Below, one piece after another: positions 47,902 through 56,541 of a stretch of DNA of 64,000 nucleotides. Position numbers and translations under genes: made by a program. Below the pieces are notes generated by a model that was given only the letters and a program-made list of their open reading frames with translations, did not search any database and was not told where the DNA came from. Where the stretch lies: the IMG/VR virus record IMGVR_UViG_3300028862_000012, positions 62,001 to 126,000 of that record, one strand, 5' to 3'. The number at the start of each line of letters is the position of its first letter. The stretch's first letter is position 1.

Positions 47902-50126
47902 TTAAATTATCACAAAAAGACTTAAAAGAAAAGAATGACTATGCAAAGAATTATATGAGTAACGGTAACGCCGCTTCTAAATCTGAAGTAGATCCTAATG
48001 CTAATGTAAGTACAAAAAGTGTTGCAACATTAGATAATGAAATGTTTAAGGATATTAAAGTTCAAGTTAATAGATATGCTTTAGGAGAAAAGATAGCAGA
48101 ATTATTTGGAGAAGAAACAAAAGCAGAGTATTATCGACAATTAGAGTCTCATGAAATTTATAGTCATGATGAATCAGCTACTTATTGTAAACCTTATTGC
48201 GTGGCAATAGATCTTTATCCCTTTATTAATAATGGTAATAAGATGATAGGTGGCTCAAGCAAAGCTCCAACTAATTTACAATCCTTTTGTGGTAGCTATG
48301 TTAATTTAATATTTTTAATTGCTTCACAATTTGCTGGTGCTGTGGCTGATGTTTCTTTTTTGACTTATTTTGATTATTTTGCTAGAAAAGATTTTGGAGA
48401 TGATTATTTAAAAACTCATACTAAGCAGATAGAGCGGTACTTTAAGCAGGTAATATATACCTTAAATGATCCTTCAGTTGGAAGGGGTAATCAAGCTGTA
48501 TTTTATAATACCTCAATTTTTGATGAAAATTATTTTAAAGGATTATTTTCAAATGTAATTTTTCCTGATTTTACTAATCCAAAATGGGAAACAGTAAAAG
48601 AGTTACAAGTATTTTTTATGCATTGGTTTAATAAAGAGCGAAACAGAGCTTTACTTACTTTTCCAGTTATGACTTTTGCGTACCAGACAGAAGCAGGTGA
48701 GTCAAAAGATTTAGAGTTTAAGAACTTTATGGCACAGGAAATGTCGGAAGGTAATAGTTTCTTTATTTATCATTCTGATGATATTGACAGTTTAAGTTCT
48801 TGCTGTTTTGATAAGAGTCAAGAAATCATGTTCAGAATTTCTGAAAATTCTGAAACTATTGAAATGAACTTTCAGGATGCCTATGAAAAGTATACTGATT
48901 CTATTTATATTTATTTTAATAATTATTGGAAAAAGGCTAAAGTAGTAAAAATCGATAGAAATAATAAAAAAATGTTTATGATAACTACTGAAGCTGAAAA
49001 AAAGATTATAGTTACCGAAGATCATTTAAATCCTACAGAGTTTGGAGATGTAGAAACAAAATTTTTGATGTTAAGTGATAAACTAAAAACAGATTCAGGA
49101 TATGAAGAAATTGTTTTAATAAAAGAGATTAATAATTACAAAGAAGATTACGTGTATTGTCTTGAAATGGAGGACAAAGAGAATCCTTACTTTACACTTC
49201 CTAATGGGATAATTACTCATAATTGTCGTTTACGCAATGCTATTGAAAAAGATGTATTTGCTTATACTTTAGGTGGTACTGGAATTTCTACAGGTTCAAA
49301 AAAAGTATTTACTTTAAATATAAATCGTATGGTTCAAGATAATCATAATGTAGTAGAAGAAGTTAAAAAATTACATAAATATCTTTTTGCCTATGATGCT
49401 ATTCTTCGAGAGATGCAAGCTAAAGGAATGTTACCTGTTTATGATGCTGGTTTTATTTCGTTAGACAAACAATATTTAACTATTGGAATTAATGGAGTAG
49501 TAGAAGCGGCTGAATTTTTGGGATATGAAATATCTAATAATAAAGAGTATAAAGATTGGCTTATTGGATTATTAAGTTCTATTAAAGATGCTAATAAACA
49601 AGCATCTGATGAGCTTTCTTTCTATTCTAATTATAAAATAGCAATAAATTCTGAATTTGTGCCAGCAGAAAATTTGGGAGCAAAGAATGCTCAATGGGAT
49701 AAAAAAGCAGGATATGTTGTACCTAGAGATTGCTATAATTCTTACCTTTATATTGTTGAGGATGATGCACTCGATTTCGTTGATAAGTTTTATCTACATG
49801 GAAAAGAAGTAACTCAATTTCTTGATGGTGGCAGTGCCTATCATATGAATATTAAGGAAATTCCTACAAAAGAAACTTGGTTAAAAATTATTGATATTGG
49901 AAATAAGTCTGGTTGTAATTATTGGACTTATAATTGTTTAACTACCTGTTGTGAAAATCCTGAATGTGGTTATATTGATAAAAATACAACACATAAATGT
50001 GCAAAGTGTGGATCAGAGGATATATCTTGGGCAACAAGAGTTATTGGATATTTAAAAAAAATTAAAAGTTTTAGTGAAGCTAGACAGGCAGAAGCAAGTC
50101 TTAGATATTTACATAAATTAAATTGA
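47898..50126 (+). CDS. nrdD: Class III (anaerobic) ribonucleotide reductase containing an intein
   Basis: IYSHDE, SSC|CRL active-site loop, EFVPAENLG, zinc CENPECG...CAKCG and glycyl-radical TRVIGY. Confidence 0.93.
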   Translation: MIKLSQKDLKEKNDYAKNYMSNGNAASKSEVDPNANVSTKSVATLDNEMFKDIKVQVNRYALGEKIAELFGEETKAEYYRQLESHEIYSHDESATYCKPYCVAIDLYPFINNGNKMIGGSSKAPTNLQSFCGSYVNLIFLIASQFAGAVADVSFLTYFDYFARKDFGDDYLKTHTKQIERYFKQVIYTLNDPSVGRGNQAVFYNTSIFDENYFKGLFSNVIFPDFTNPKWETVKELQVFFMHWFNKERNRALLTFPVMTFAYQTEAGESKDLEFKNFMAQEMSEGNSFFIYHSDDIDSLSSCCFDKSQEIMFRISENSETIEMNFQDAYEKYTDSIYIYFNNYWKKAKVVKIDRNNKKMFMITTEAEKKIIVTEDHLNPTEFGDVETKFLMLSDKLKTDSGYEEIVLIKEINNYKEDYVYCLEMEDKENPYFTLPNGIITHNCRLRNAIEKDVFAYTLGGTGISTGSKKVFTLNINRMVQDNHNVVEEVKKLHKYLFAYDAILREMQAKGMLPVYDAGFISLDKQYLTIGINGVVEAAEFLGYEISNNKEYKDWLIGLLSSIKDANKQASDELSFYSNYKIAINSEFVPAENLGAKNAQWDKKAGYVVPRDCYNSYLYIVEDDALDFVDKFYLHGKEVTQFLDGGSAYHMNIKEIPTKETWLKIIDIGNKSGCNYWTYNCLTTCCENPECGYIDKNTTHKCAKCGSEDISWATRVIGYLKKIKSFSEARQAEASLRYLHKLN
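48804..49223 (+). mobile_element. 140-aa mini-intein in NrdD
   Basis: Begins CFD (C1), block B VTEDH, block F DYVYCLEM, ends THN followed by Cys+1. Too short for a homing endonuclease. Confidence 0.92.
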
Positions 50127-50165
50127 TATTCCTGCTGAGAGTATAACTAAAAACATTTTATATTC

Positions 50166-50197
50166 AAGGACTAGCCTTAATTGGTTAGTCCTTTTTT
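50166..50197 (+). terminator. Intrinsic terminator
   Basis: AAGGACTAGCC-loop-GGTTAGTCCTTTTTT. Confidence 0.85.
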
Positions 50198-50230
50198 ATT
50201 TTCTAACTATTATAATGTGAGGAAATAAAA

Positions 50231-50593
50231 ATGGGTACTAAAATTAAAGAATTTTTAAAGAAATATGGTGCATATATAATAACTGGTTTAGTTGGATTTT
50301 TTTCAGCTATAATTTATGTATTTTTCTTATCTAAAGAAAAAAATACTAAGCAGGTAATAAATAATACTGTTTCTGTTGAAAAGGCAAAAGATGTTATTAG
50401 TAGTGCTGAAAAAGTTATAGCCGAAGCACCTAAAGTAATTGATGATGCAAAGGCTCAAGTTAAAGAATCAGATGAAATAAGCAAAGTATCTGAACAGAAA
50501 ATAACTACGATAGAAAAAACAGTTGAAACAATAGATAGTAATATTGCTAAAAGAAATGAACAGGAAAAAGACTTGTTCAAGGAAGTGAAATAA
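50231..50593 (+). CDS. Single-TM coiled-coil protein, i-spanin-like
   Basis: N-terminal TM (YIITGLVGFFSAIIYVFFL) followed by a long amphipathic helix. Preceded by TAACTATTA. Confidence 0.5.
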   Translation: MGTKIKEFLKKYGAYIITGLVGFFSAIIYVFFLSKEKNTKQVINNTVSVEKAKDVISSAEKVIAEAPKVIDDAKAQVKESDEISKVSEQKITTIEKTVETIDSNIAKRNEQEKDLFKEVK

Positions 50594-51117
50594 TGAAGAA
50601 AATATTTATATTACTATTTATACTTAGTAGTTTTTCTATATTTTCTCAATCAATAGATAATCTTATTATACCTTCAGATTACGCAACTTTAAAAGCAAAG
50701 TATATAGAACTTGCTACTATGTATATAGATACAAAGAAGGATTTAAATACTACCTTAGCAAGTTTAAAAGATACAAAAGATCAATTAAAAATTGCTATTA
50801 CAAATAGTGATGAGTCTAATAAAACAATAACTACTATTATTGAAAAATATAATGAAAGTATTGGTTCAAATACTGATTTAGTAAAGTCTAGTAATGAACT
50901 TATAGAGCAATTAGAAAAATCTACAAAAATTATAAAATCAAATACCTATGACTTTTTTAGATTTGGTGTAGGAATGGAATACAGCTATAGTATTGCAGAT
51001 AATATAAATAAGTATTCTATATCTGGAAGTTGTTTAGTTGCTAATAAATTTTTTATATCAACAAAAGTATCTTATCCTATTGAAATTGGAATAGGTGCCG
51101 GATTTTATATTAATTAA
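50593..51117 (+). CDS. Secreted coiled-coil protein with four C-terminal amphipathic beta strands (outer-membrane anchor-like)
   Basis: Signal peptide MKKIFILLFILSSFSIFS, a coiled coil, then FRFGVGMEYSY / YSISGSCLV / FFISTKVSY / IGIGAGFYIN. Confidence 0.5.
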   Translation: MKKIFILLFILSSFSIFSQSIDNLIIPSDYATLKAKYIELATMYIDTKKDLNTTLASLKDTKDQLKIAITNSDESNKTITTIIEKYNESIGSNTDLVKSSNELIEQLEKSTKIIKSNTYDFFRFGVGMEYSYSIADNINKYSISGSCLVANKFFISTKVSYPIEIGIGAGFYIN

Positions 51118-51144
51118 AGGAATTATTTATTAAAGGACTTTATA

Positions 51145-52014
51145 TTGAAGTATGCAAAAACAAATCTTTCAGATTCAGAAAGAATATCAAATTCTAATTA
51201 TTACAAACAAGATACCAATGTAAGAAACTATCGAAATATTATTTATTACATAGAAATAGAGCTAGAGAAGTATTTAGCAAAGCTTTTAACAAAAAATCAA
51301 TTAGATAGAATTATCTGGTCAAGTTCTGATTTTGCATTGCGTAAGCGTGGAGGTAATGCACAAGAGGATGTAACAAATACTTTGGATCTTCCTTTTGTTA
51401 GCTACAAATTAACAGATGTAAATACAGATACACAGCGTCAATTATTTAACAACTATATGAATGTTAATGGCGTTTACTTATCAGATGCAGAAGTAATGGT
51501 AAAGACTGCACCAATGCATTTAGAGTATGAAGTAGTATTTTGGTGTAATCGAGATGAAGAGCTTGTGTATGCTACTCATAATTTTTTATTTGATATGAGT
51601 AATGAAACTTTAATTCATCCAAGTATTCCTTTAGAAACAGGTAAAAGTATAGTACTTCCTGCCTTTATTTCTTTTTCTGGAAGTTATAATGATGTATATA
51701 GTCAGTCTGATTATATAATTAGCAACAAAATTCGCACATTGTCTATGACTTTCTCTATAGATACTTATATTTTAAAAGAAGTAGGAAATACTTTAAATTC
51801 TGAAGGAATAGGCTCATTTGGTAGCATTAATATTCCATTAGTTAAAACAGTTATATTTGATTTTTTTAATAGTAAAAATATTAATACAGAAGCAATAAAA
51901 AATGGAGATATAAATATATATGATTCAGAAATGGAAATACTTTTGCGAGATTATTTTTCTGATGATGAAGAAATATTTCAAGAATTAAAGCCACCTGTAG
52001 TTGCTCCTACTTAA
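51145..52014 (+). CDS. Tail terminator / sheath stabiliser (gp15-like)
   Basis: LPFVSYKLTD...TAPMHLEYEVVFW...TLSMTFSIDTYI. Directly upstream of the sheath gene. Confidence 0.65.
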   Translation: MKYAKTNLSDSERISNSNYYKQDTNVRNYRNIIYYIEIELEKYLAKLLTKNQLDRIIWSSSDFALRKRGGNAQEDVTNTLDLPFVSYKLTDVNTDTQRQLFNNYMNVNGVYLSDAEVMVKTAPMHLEYEVVFWCNRDEELVYATHNFLFDMSNETLIHPSIPLETGKSIVLPAFISFSGSYNDVYSQSDYIISNKIRTLSMTFSIDTYILKEVGNTLNSEGIGSFGSINIPLVKTVIFDFFNSKNINTEAIKNGDINIYDSEMEILLRDYFSDDEEIFQELKPPVVAPT

Positions 52015-52089
52015 TAATATCTTATAAAAAAAGTAACTATTATAATACGAAGATATAAAATTTTTGATTAAGTTATAGGATGGAAAATA

Positions 52090-53907
52090 ATGGATAATTG
52101 GAGAATTCAAACTTTTTTTGAGGATAAATCAACAGTTGTAAAACCGACTACTTCTGCATTGGGTTTTACTGTTATAAAAGCCCCAAAGGGTACAGACTAT
52201 ATGTATTTTGATGTAGGACAAGCAGGATCAATTATTGATTGCTGTGGTTATCCTGCTTACAGTAACGGTGTTCAGGATGCAATAGACTATAATAAAAAAG
52301 CTCCATTATATGTAAATGCACCTTCTACTAATGGAAAATTTGGTGGTGTATTTGTAACAAAGACAGGTACTATCCCTTTTTATTCAGGTTATAGTAGTTG
52401 GGATACTTTTGATTTAAAGCTTATTCCTCAAAGCATGAATGCAGGTACAGGTGATGCTTCTAAAGTATTGTTTAATGTTACTTTAACTAATTTTGCTAAG
52501 TACAATGCAAGAAGTTTAACAATTTCTATAAACGGAACTCCTGATACTTTAGTATTTGATACTTCTGTTGCAGGAATTGAAACTATTACTGGTAGTCTTT
52601 GCACTGCTGTATTAACTAAATCAACGGGTGCTTTAGCAATTACATTTACTACTGCTCCTGCAATACTTGCTGTAGTGACTGTTGATTATACAATAAATAT
52701 TAATGATGATTGTTATTTTGTTTTAAGAAATTATAGTAAGTGTGTAGATGATATTGCTGTAAAAGTTTTAGGAAAGACTAATGGATTATTTAGTATTGCT
52801 GTTTATAAGAAAGATAAAAATAATGATTTTTCTGAAATAACAAACTCTCCTTTTGAAGTTTCCTTAAATCCTAAAGGAACAAATGCTAACGGTAAAAATA
52901 TCTATGTAGAGAATGTTTTCAAAGAAAGTAAATATCTTAAAGCACTTGATACTGAAACTGCATTTAGTACTTTTGCAGATGATACTGCTTTAGTAAATCT
53001 TGCTGGTGGTTCTCGTGGAGATACGGTAACAAATGCGGTAATTGCATCTTCTTATCTAGCTCTTACTGATAAAAATAAATATCCTGTTAAAGTTTTCTTT
53101 GATGGAAATGCAGACGCTACAATTGCTACGGCTTTTGAAACGCTACGCAATGGTATATTTAATCGTTCTCGTTTTATACTGACTACTCCTGATAGTACAG
53201 AAACTGAATTGATTTCAGGTGCGGCAACTTCGCGTTATAATTTAAGTAATCGTGGTATTTATGTTTATTGTTTAACTTGGGGAACACATGTAGATAGTTA
53301 TTATGGCAATGATTTTAATTGTTCAAATGTTGGTTTAATTGCAGGTCGTCATGCAGATAGTATAAATAAAAAACATGGTGGTATTGGCCCTATGTGGTAC
53401 GATGAAAATGAAGTTGGTGGACAACTAGGCTCTGCAATTACTAGCTTAAATCAAAGTGTTACTGAAATTAATTCTAAAGCATTAGATACACTAAGACTTA
53501 ATCCTGTTAAATGGGATATATCTGCTGGAGCGATGATAGTATCAGACAGAACAACCTTAATTACTGATGGTGACTACAGTTATATTGGCCCTTCTGGTTT
53601 AGCTGACTATATAGCTTTTAATATAGAAAAATTAGTATTACCTAACCAGCTTGGAAAGCTGAATGATATGTTCCATCGTAATAGTGTTAAGGCAAACGCA
53701 GAAACAATATTAAAAACTGTTTCTGATTTACTGTATGACTATTATGTAAAGTGTGATGAGGAAAATAATAATAGTGAAATACTTAATGCTAAAAAGTTTG
53801 TATTAACTGTAGGTGTTCAGTATACTCCACAATCTGAAATGATAGATTTTATATTTATCAATAGTTCAATTGGTGTTGATATAAAAGAAGTAGTTAACAA
53901 AGGATAA
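52090..53907 (+). CDS. Tail sheath protein (gp18-like)
   Basis: 605 aa. C-terminal LRLNPV...GAMIVSDRT, LGKLND...R and YVKCDEENNNSEI...FVLTVGVQYT. Confidence 0.9.
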   Translation: MDNWRIQTFFEDKSTVVKPTTSALGFTVIKAPKGTDYMYFDVGQAGSIIDCCGYPAYSNGVQDAIDYNKKAPLYVNAPSTNGKFGGVFVTKTGTIPFYSGYSSWDTFDLKLIPQSMNAGTGDASKVLFNVTLTNFAKYNARSLTISINGTPDTLVFDTSVAGIETITGSLCTAVLTKSTGALAITFTTAPAILAVVTVDYTININDDCYFVLRNYSKCVDDIAVKVLGKTNGLFSIAVYKKDKNNDFSEITNSPFEVSLNPKGTNANGKNIYVENVFKESKYLKALDTETAFSTFADDTALVNLAGGSRGDTVTNAVIASSYLALTDKNKYPVKVFFDGNADATIATAFETLRNGIFNRSRFILTTPDSTETELISGAATSRYNLSNRGIYVYCLTWGTHVDSYYGNDFNCSNVGLIAGRHADSINKKHGGIGPMWYDENEVGGQLGSAITSLNQSVTEINSKALDTLRLNPVKWDISAGAMIVSDRTTLITDGDYSYIGPSGLADYIAFNIEKLVLPNQLGKLNDMFHRNSVKANAETILKTVSDLLYDYYVKCDEENNNSEILNAKKFVLTVGVQYTPQSEMIDFIFINSSIGVDIKEVVNKG

Positions 53908-53913
53908 TAGAGT

Positions 53914-54429
53914 ATGAGTTTAGAATTAGAGAGTTTGCTTTTAACAGGTGAGGATGCATTAAGTAATCATTTTATGGTTACTATCCCTGCCTTTCTTGGT
54001 GCCAATGAATCAATTTTAAGTTTAAACTTACGAGTACTTACTATATCAAATGTAGGCCGTGAGTTATCTACTTATGAAATAACTAAACGAGGTCGTAAGT
54101 CTACTCGTCCCGGTGGAATTGATGATACTGCAAAGGAATTTACTTTTACTTTTAGACCTGATAAAAAATTACGTACTTACAATAGTTTAATAGCATGGAC
54201 TAATGTAATTAAGCATGAACAATTAGGAACAATGGTAGTCGATCCTTTATATCGCGTTATTATTACTGTAACTCCTGTGGATACTGCAAATATTCCTTTA
54301 GGTGGCCCTACTTATTATGAAGGATGTTGGCCTAGTTCTATAGATGGAATAGAATATGATGAAGAAAACGGTGATCCTTTAAACGTTAGTGTCACTATGC
54401 AATACACTAATCGTATTGCTCCTGTTTAA
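53914..54429 (+). CDS. Tail tube protein (gp19-like)
   Basis: 171 aa after the sheath. FTFTFRPD...W...YEGCWPSSIDGIEYD...VSVTMQY. Confidence 0.85.
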   Translation: MSLELESLLLTGEDALSNHFMVTIPAFLGANESILSLNLRVLTISNVGRELSTYEITKRGRKSTRPGGIDDTAKEFTFTFRPDKKLRTYNSLIAWTNVIKHEQLGTMVVDPLYRVIITVTPVDTANIPLGGPTYYEGCWPSSIDGIEYDEENGDPLNVSVTMQYTNRIAPV

Positions 54430-54476
54430 GTTAATAGTTATTTTTTAAGCCTGTTTTAAAAAGTAACTATTATAAT

Positions 54477-55100
54477 ATGATAAAGTTAAATAGTTCAGAT
54501 ATACCCTTATTAGATGATTATCTAAAAAGCTATAATTTTCAATTAGATAATTTATACTATTTTGTAATTGAAGGCAATAGTAAAGATGATTTAAAATCAA
54601 TAGATTTTTTTGCTAAATCTCACTCTATTCCTATGGATACTTTAGAAGTTGAATCTTTTCCTTTTGGGAAAAAGTTTTATAAAGGTTATACACAGGTAGA
54701 AGATTTTGAAATAACTTTTTTACTACCTGATGCCTATACTACAGGCTCCGAAAATCCATTGATTTATTTTACTGAATGGTTAAATATTATTTATGATTAT
54801 AAAAATAAATGTTTTAAGGTGTTAGAGTCTGAAGAAGACAAATATAGAAATGCAAGACTAACACTACTTACTTACGATTACGATGTAAACTCACAAATGA
54901 GTACTGCTGAAGTTTTTATAGGCTCTGGTTTTTCAAAATCTTTTGAAATAGTATTACAGAATTTGATGCCTTTAGGATTTGATAATATTGAGGTAGATGA
55001 TGAAACAGGTGATCCTATGCAAGTGACTATGAAGTTTGCTTGTGAAGGTGTTACTTTATACTCTCCTTATGGAGAGGTTTTAAAGCCATCTGGACTTTAG
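54477..55100 (+). CDS. Tube-fold baseplate/tube-cap protein (gp48/gp54-like)
   Basis: FEITFL...FTEW...LMPLGFDNIEVDDETGDPMQVTMKF is paralogous to the tube C-terminus (YDEENGDPLNVSVTM). Confidence 0.65.
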   Translation: MIKLNSSDIPLLDDYLKSYNFQLDNLYYFVIEGNSKDDLKSIDFFAKSHSIPMDTLEVESFPFGKKFYKGYTQVEDFEITFLLPDAYTTGSENPLIYFTEWLNIIYDYKNKCFKVLESEEDKYRNARLTLLTYDYDVNSQMSTAEVFIGSGFSKSFEIVLQNLMPLGFDNIEVDDETGDPMQVTMKFACEGVTLYSPYGEVLKPSGL

Positions 55101-55103
55101 TAA

Positions 55104-55132
55104 TTGACATAAAATCTAAAATAAGATATATT
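55104..55132 (+). promoter_or_regulatory. sigma70-type promoter
   Basis: TTGACA-N17-TATATT upstream of the dUTPase gene. Confidence 0.7.
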
Positions 55133-55152
55133 TCTGTACAAAGGATTTTTAT

Positions 55153-55593
55153 ATGAAAAACAGCTTAAAATTAATATTATTGAATGAAACCGCGATTATT
55201 CCTACTTATGCCCACGAAACGGATGCAGGGATGGATTTATATGCTAATGAAGATTATGATCTATCTCCAAATGAGCATCATCTTATTGGGACAGGGATTG
55301 CTATAGATATTCCTGTAAATTATGAAATACAAATTCGGCCTCGTAGTGGTTTAGCTTATAAAAATGGAATTACTGTTCTAAACTCTCCCGGTACTATTGA
55401 TAGTGGCTATCGAAATGAGATTAAGGTTAATTTAGTAAATCATTCTCCTTATATTTACTCTATAAAAAAAGGTGATAGAATAGCTCAAATGGTGTATGCT
55501 CCTGTTTATCATATTGATAGCTTTGAATTAGTTACTTCTTTTGAAGGTGAGACAGAACGTAACTTAAATGGCTATGGAAGTAGCGGAAAATAA
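55153..55593 (+). CDS. dut: Trimeric dUTPase
   Basis: DAGMDL, QIRPRSGLA, PGTIDSGYR, RIAQMV and RNLNGYGSSG (motifs 1-5). Confidence 0.95.
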   Translation: MKNSLKLILLNETAIIPTYAHETDAGMDLYANEDYDLSPNEHHLIGTGIAIDIPVNYEIQIRPRSGLAYKNGITVLNSPGTIDSGYRNEIKVNLVNHSPYIYSIKKGDRIAQMVYAPVYHIDSFELVTSFEGETERNLNGYGSSGK

Positions 55594-56539
55594 TATGCAG
55601 ATAAAATACGACTATCTGTTAATAGATATATATAATATTTATTTTAGAGCTTCATGGATAGAGACAGAAAGAACAGTAAGTTATAATAAAGAAAAAATAG
55701 AAACATCTGGAATTTGCGGTTCAATTAAAATAATTGAACGCCTTATAAGTTTGTATCTAAAACAAGATGGTCATGTATACTTTTTATTTGATAATGCTAA
55801 ATCAAAATCATTAAGAAGAAAAGCTTTATGCCCAGAGTATAAAGAGGACAGACAAGTTTATTCATCTTCCTTTTATAAAGGTATAGATTATCTTGAAATA
55901 ATTTTAAAAAATTATAGAAATAATTCTACTATTATTCGTATCCCTTCTTTTGAAGCAGATGATCATATAAAACCTGTATTGAAAATGCTTAGTGAAGATA
56001 GCATGAAACTATTAATATCTAATGATATGGATTGGGCGCGATCAATTAGTAATACTGTTCACTGGTTAAAGAAAGAAAATAAGCAGGATATAATTGTTAC
56101 TCCAGAATCTTTTTATTCAGAATATAAGTTTGAACCAAGTACTAGTAATATATGTTTTTTTAAATCATTTTATGGAGATGCAAGTGATAACATCACTGCT
56201 TTAATGAAGCAACTTTCTTTTGATAGATTTTTAAAAGTAATTTGCGATTGCAGAGATATGTATGACTTTATAGAAAAGAGTAGTCAACGTAAGTTGGATT
56301 ATTTAGATGATGGATGGATAACTCGTATAAGTAAGGACAAAGATAAATTACTTATGAATTGGACATTGGTTTCTTTTGCAGACTTATCAGAGTTTGATAT
56401 TAAAGATAATTCAGTACAGTGTAAAGAAAATCTGGCTACATTGAAAATGTATTATTATGCTCTAGGATTATCTCAAGATATAGATTCAAGGCTTGCGTTA
56501 TCTGATAAAAACTCAATGGATGAAATTTTAGGATTATAA
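55568..56539 (+). CDS. 5'-3' exonuclease / RNase H (FEN family, T4 rnh-like)
   Basis: LLIDIYN, FLFD, YKEDR, FEADD, SNDMDW and GDASDNI. The true start is probably ATG 55595. Confidence 0.85.
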   Translation: MAMEVAENNMQIKYDYLLIDIYNIYFRASWIETERTVSYNKEKIETSGICGSIKIIERLISLYLKQDGHVYFLFDNAKSKSLRRKALCPEYKEDRQVYSSSFYKGIDYLEIILKNYRNNSTIIRIPSFEADDHIKPVLKMLSEDSMKLLISNDMDWARSISNTVHWLKKENKQDIIVTPESFYSEYKFEPSTSNICFFKSFYGDASDNITALMKQLSFDRFLKVICDCRDMYDFIEKSSQRKLDYLDDGWITRISKDKDKLLMNWTLVSFADLSEFDIKDNSVQCKENLATLKMYYYALGLSQDIDSRLALSDKNSMDEILGL

Positions 56540-56541
56540 CT

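Larger units (their letters stand above)
1499..54472. promoter_or_regulatory. Dispersed phage-specific TAACTATTA promoter-like element (about 20 copies)
   Basis: Minus strand: 1499, 5383 (TTG variant), 11521, 14784 (TAG variant), 27965, 54432. Plus strand: 14810 and 16657 (TCA variant), 19300, 26531, 28013, 29771, 30052, 34231, 36667, 40182, 40408, 42831, 43074, 44883, 46544, 47180, 50204, 52034, 54464. Confidence 0.8.

Noticed and set aside
47898-50126. Group I intron in nrdD
   Set aside because: The frame is continuous, and the only insertion has protein-splicing (intein) motifs.
50127-50165. GCTGAGA after nrdD, reminiscent of a TPP riboswitch core
   Set aside because: The other conserved TPP elements are absent, and it lies at a 3' end before a terminator rather than in a leader.
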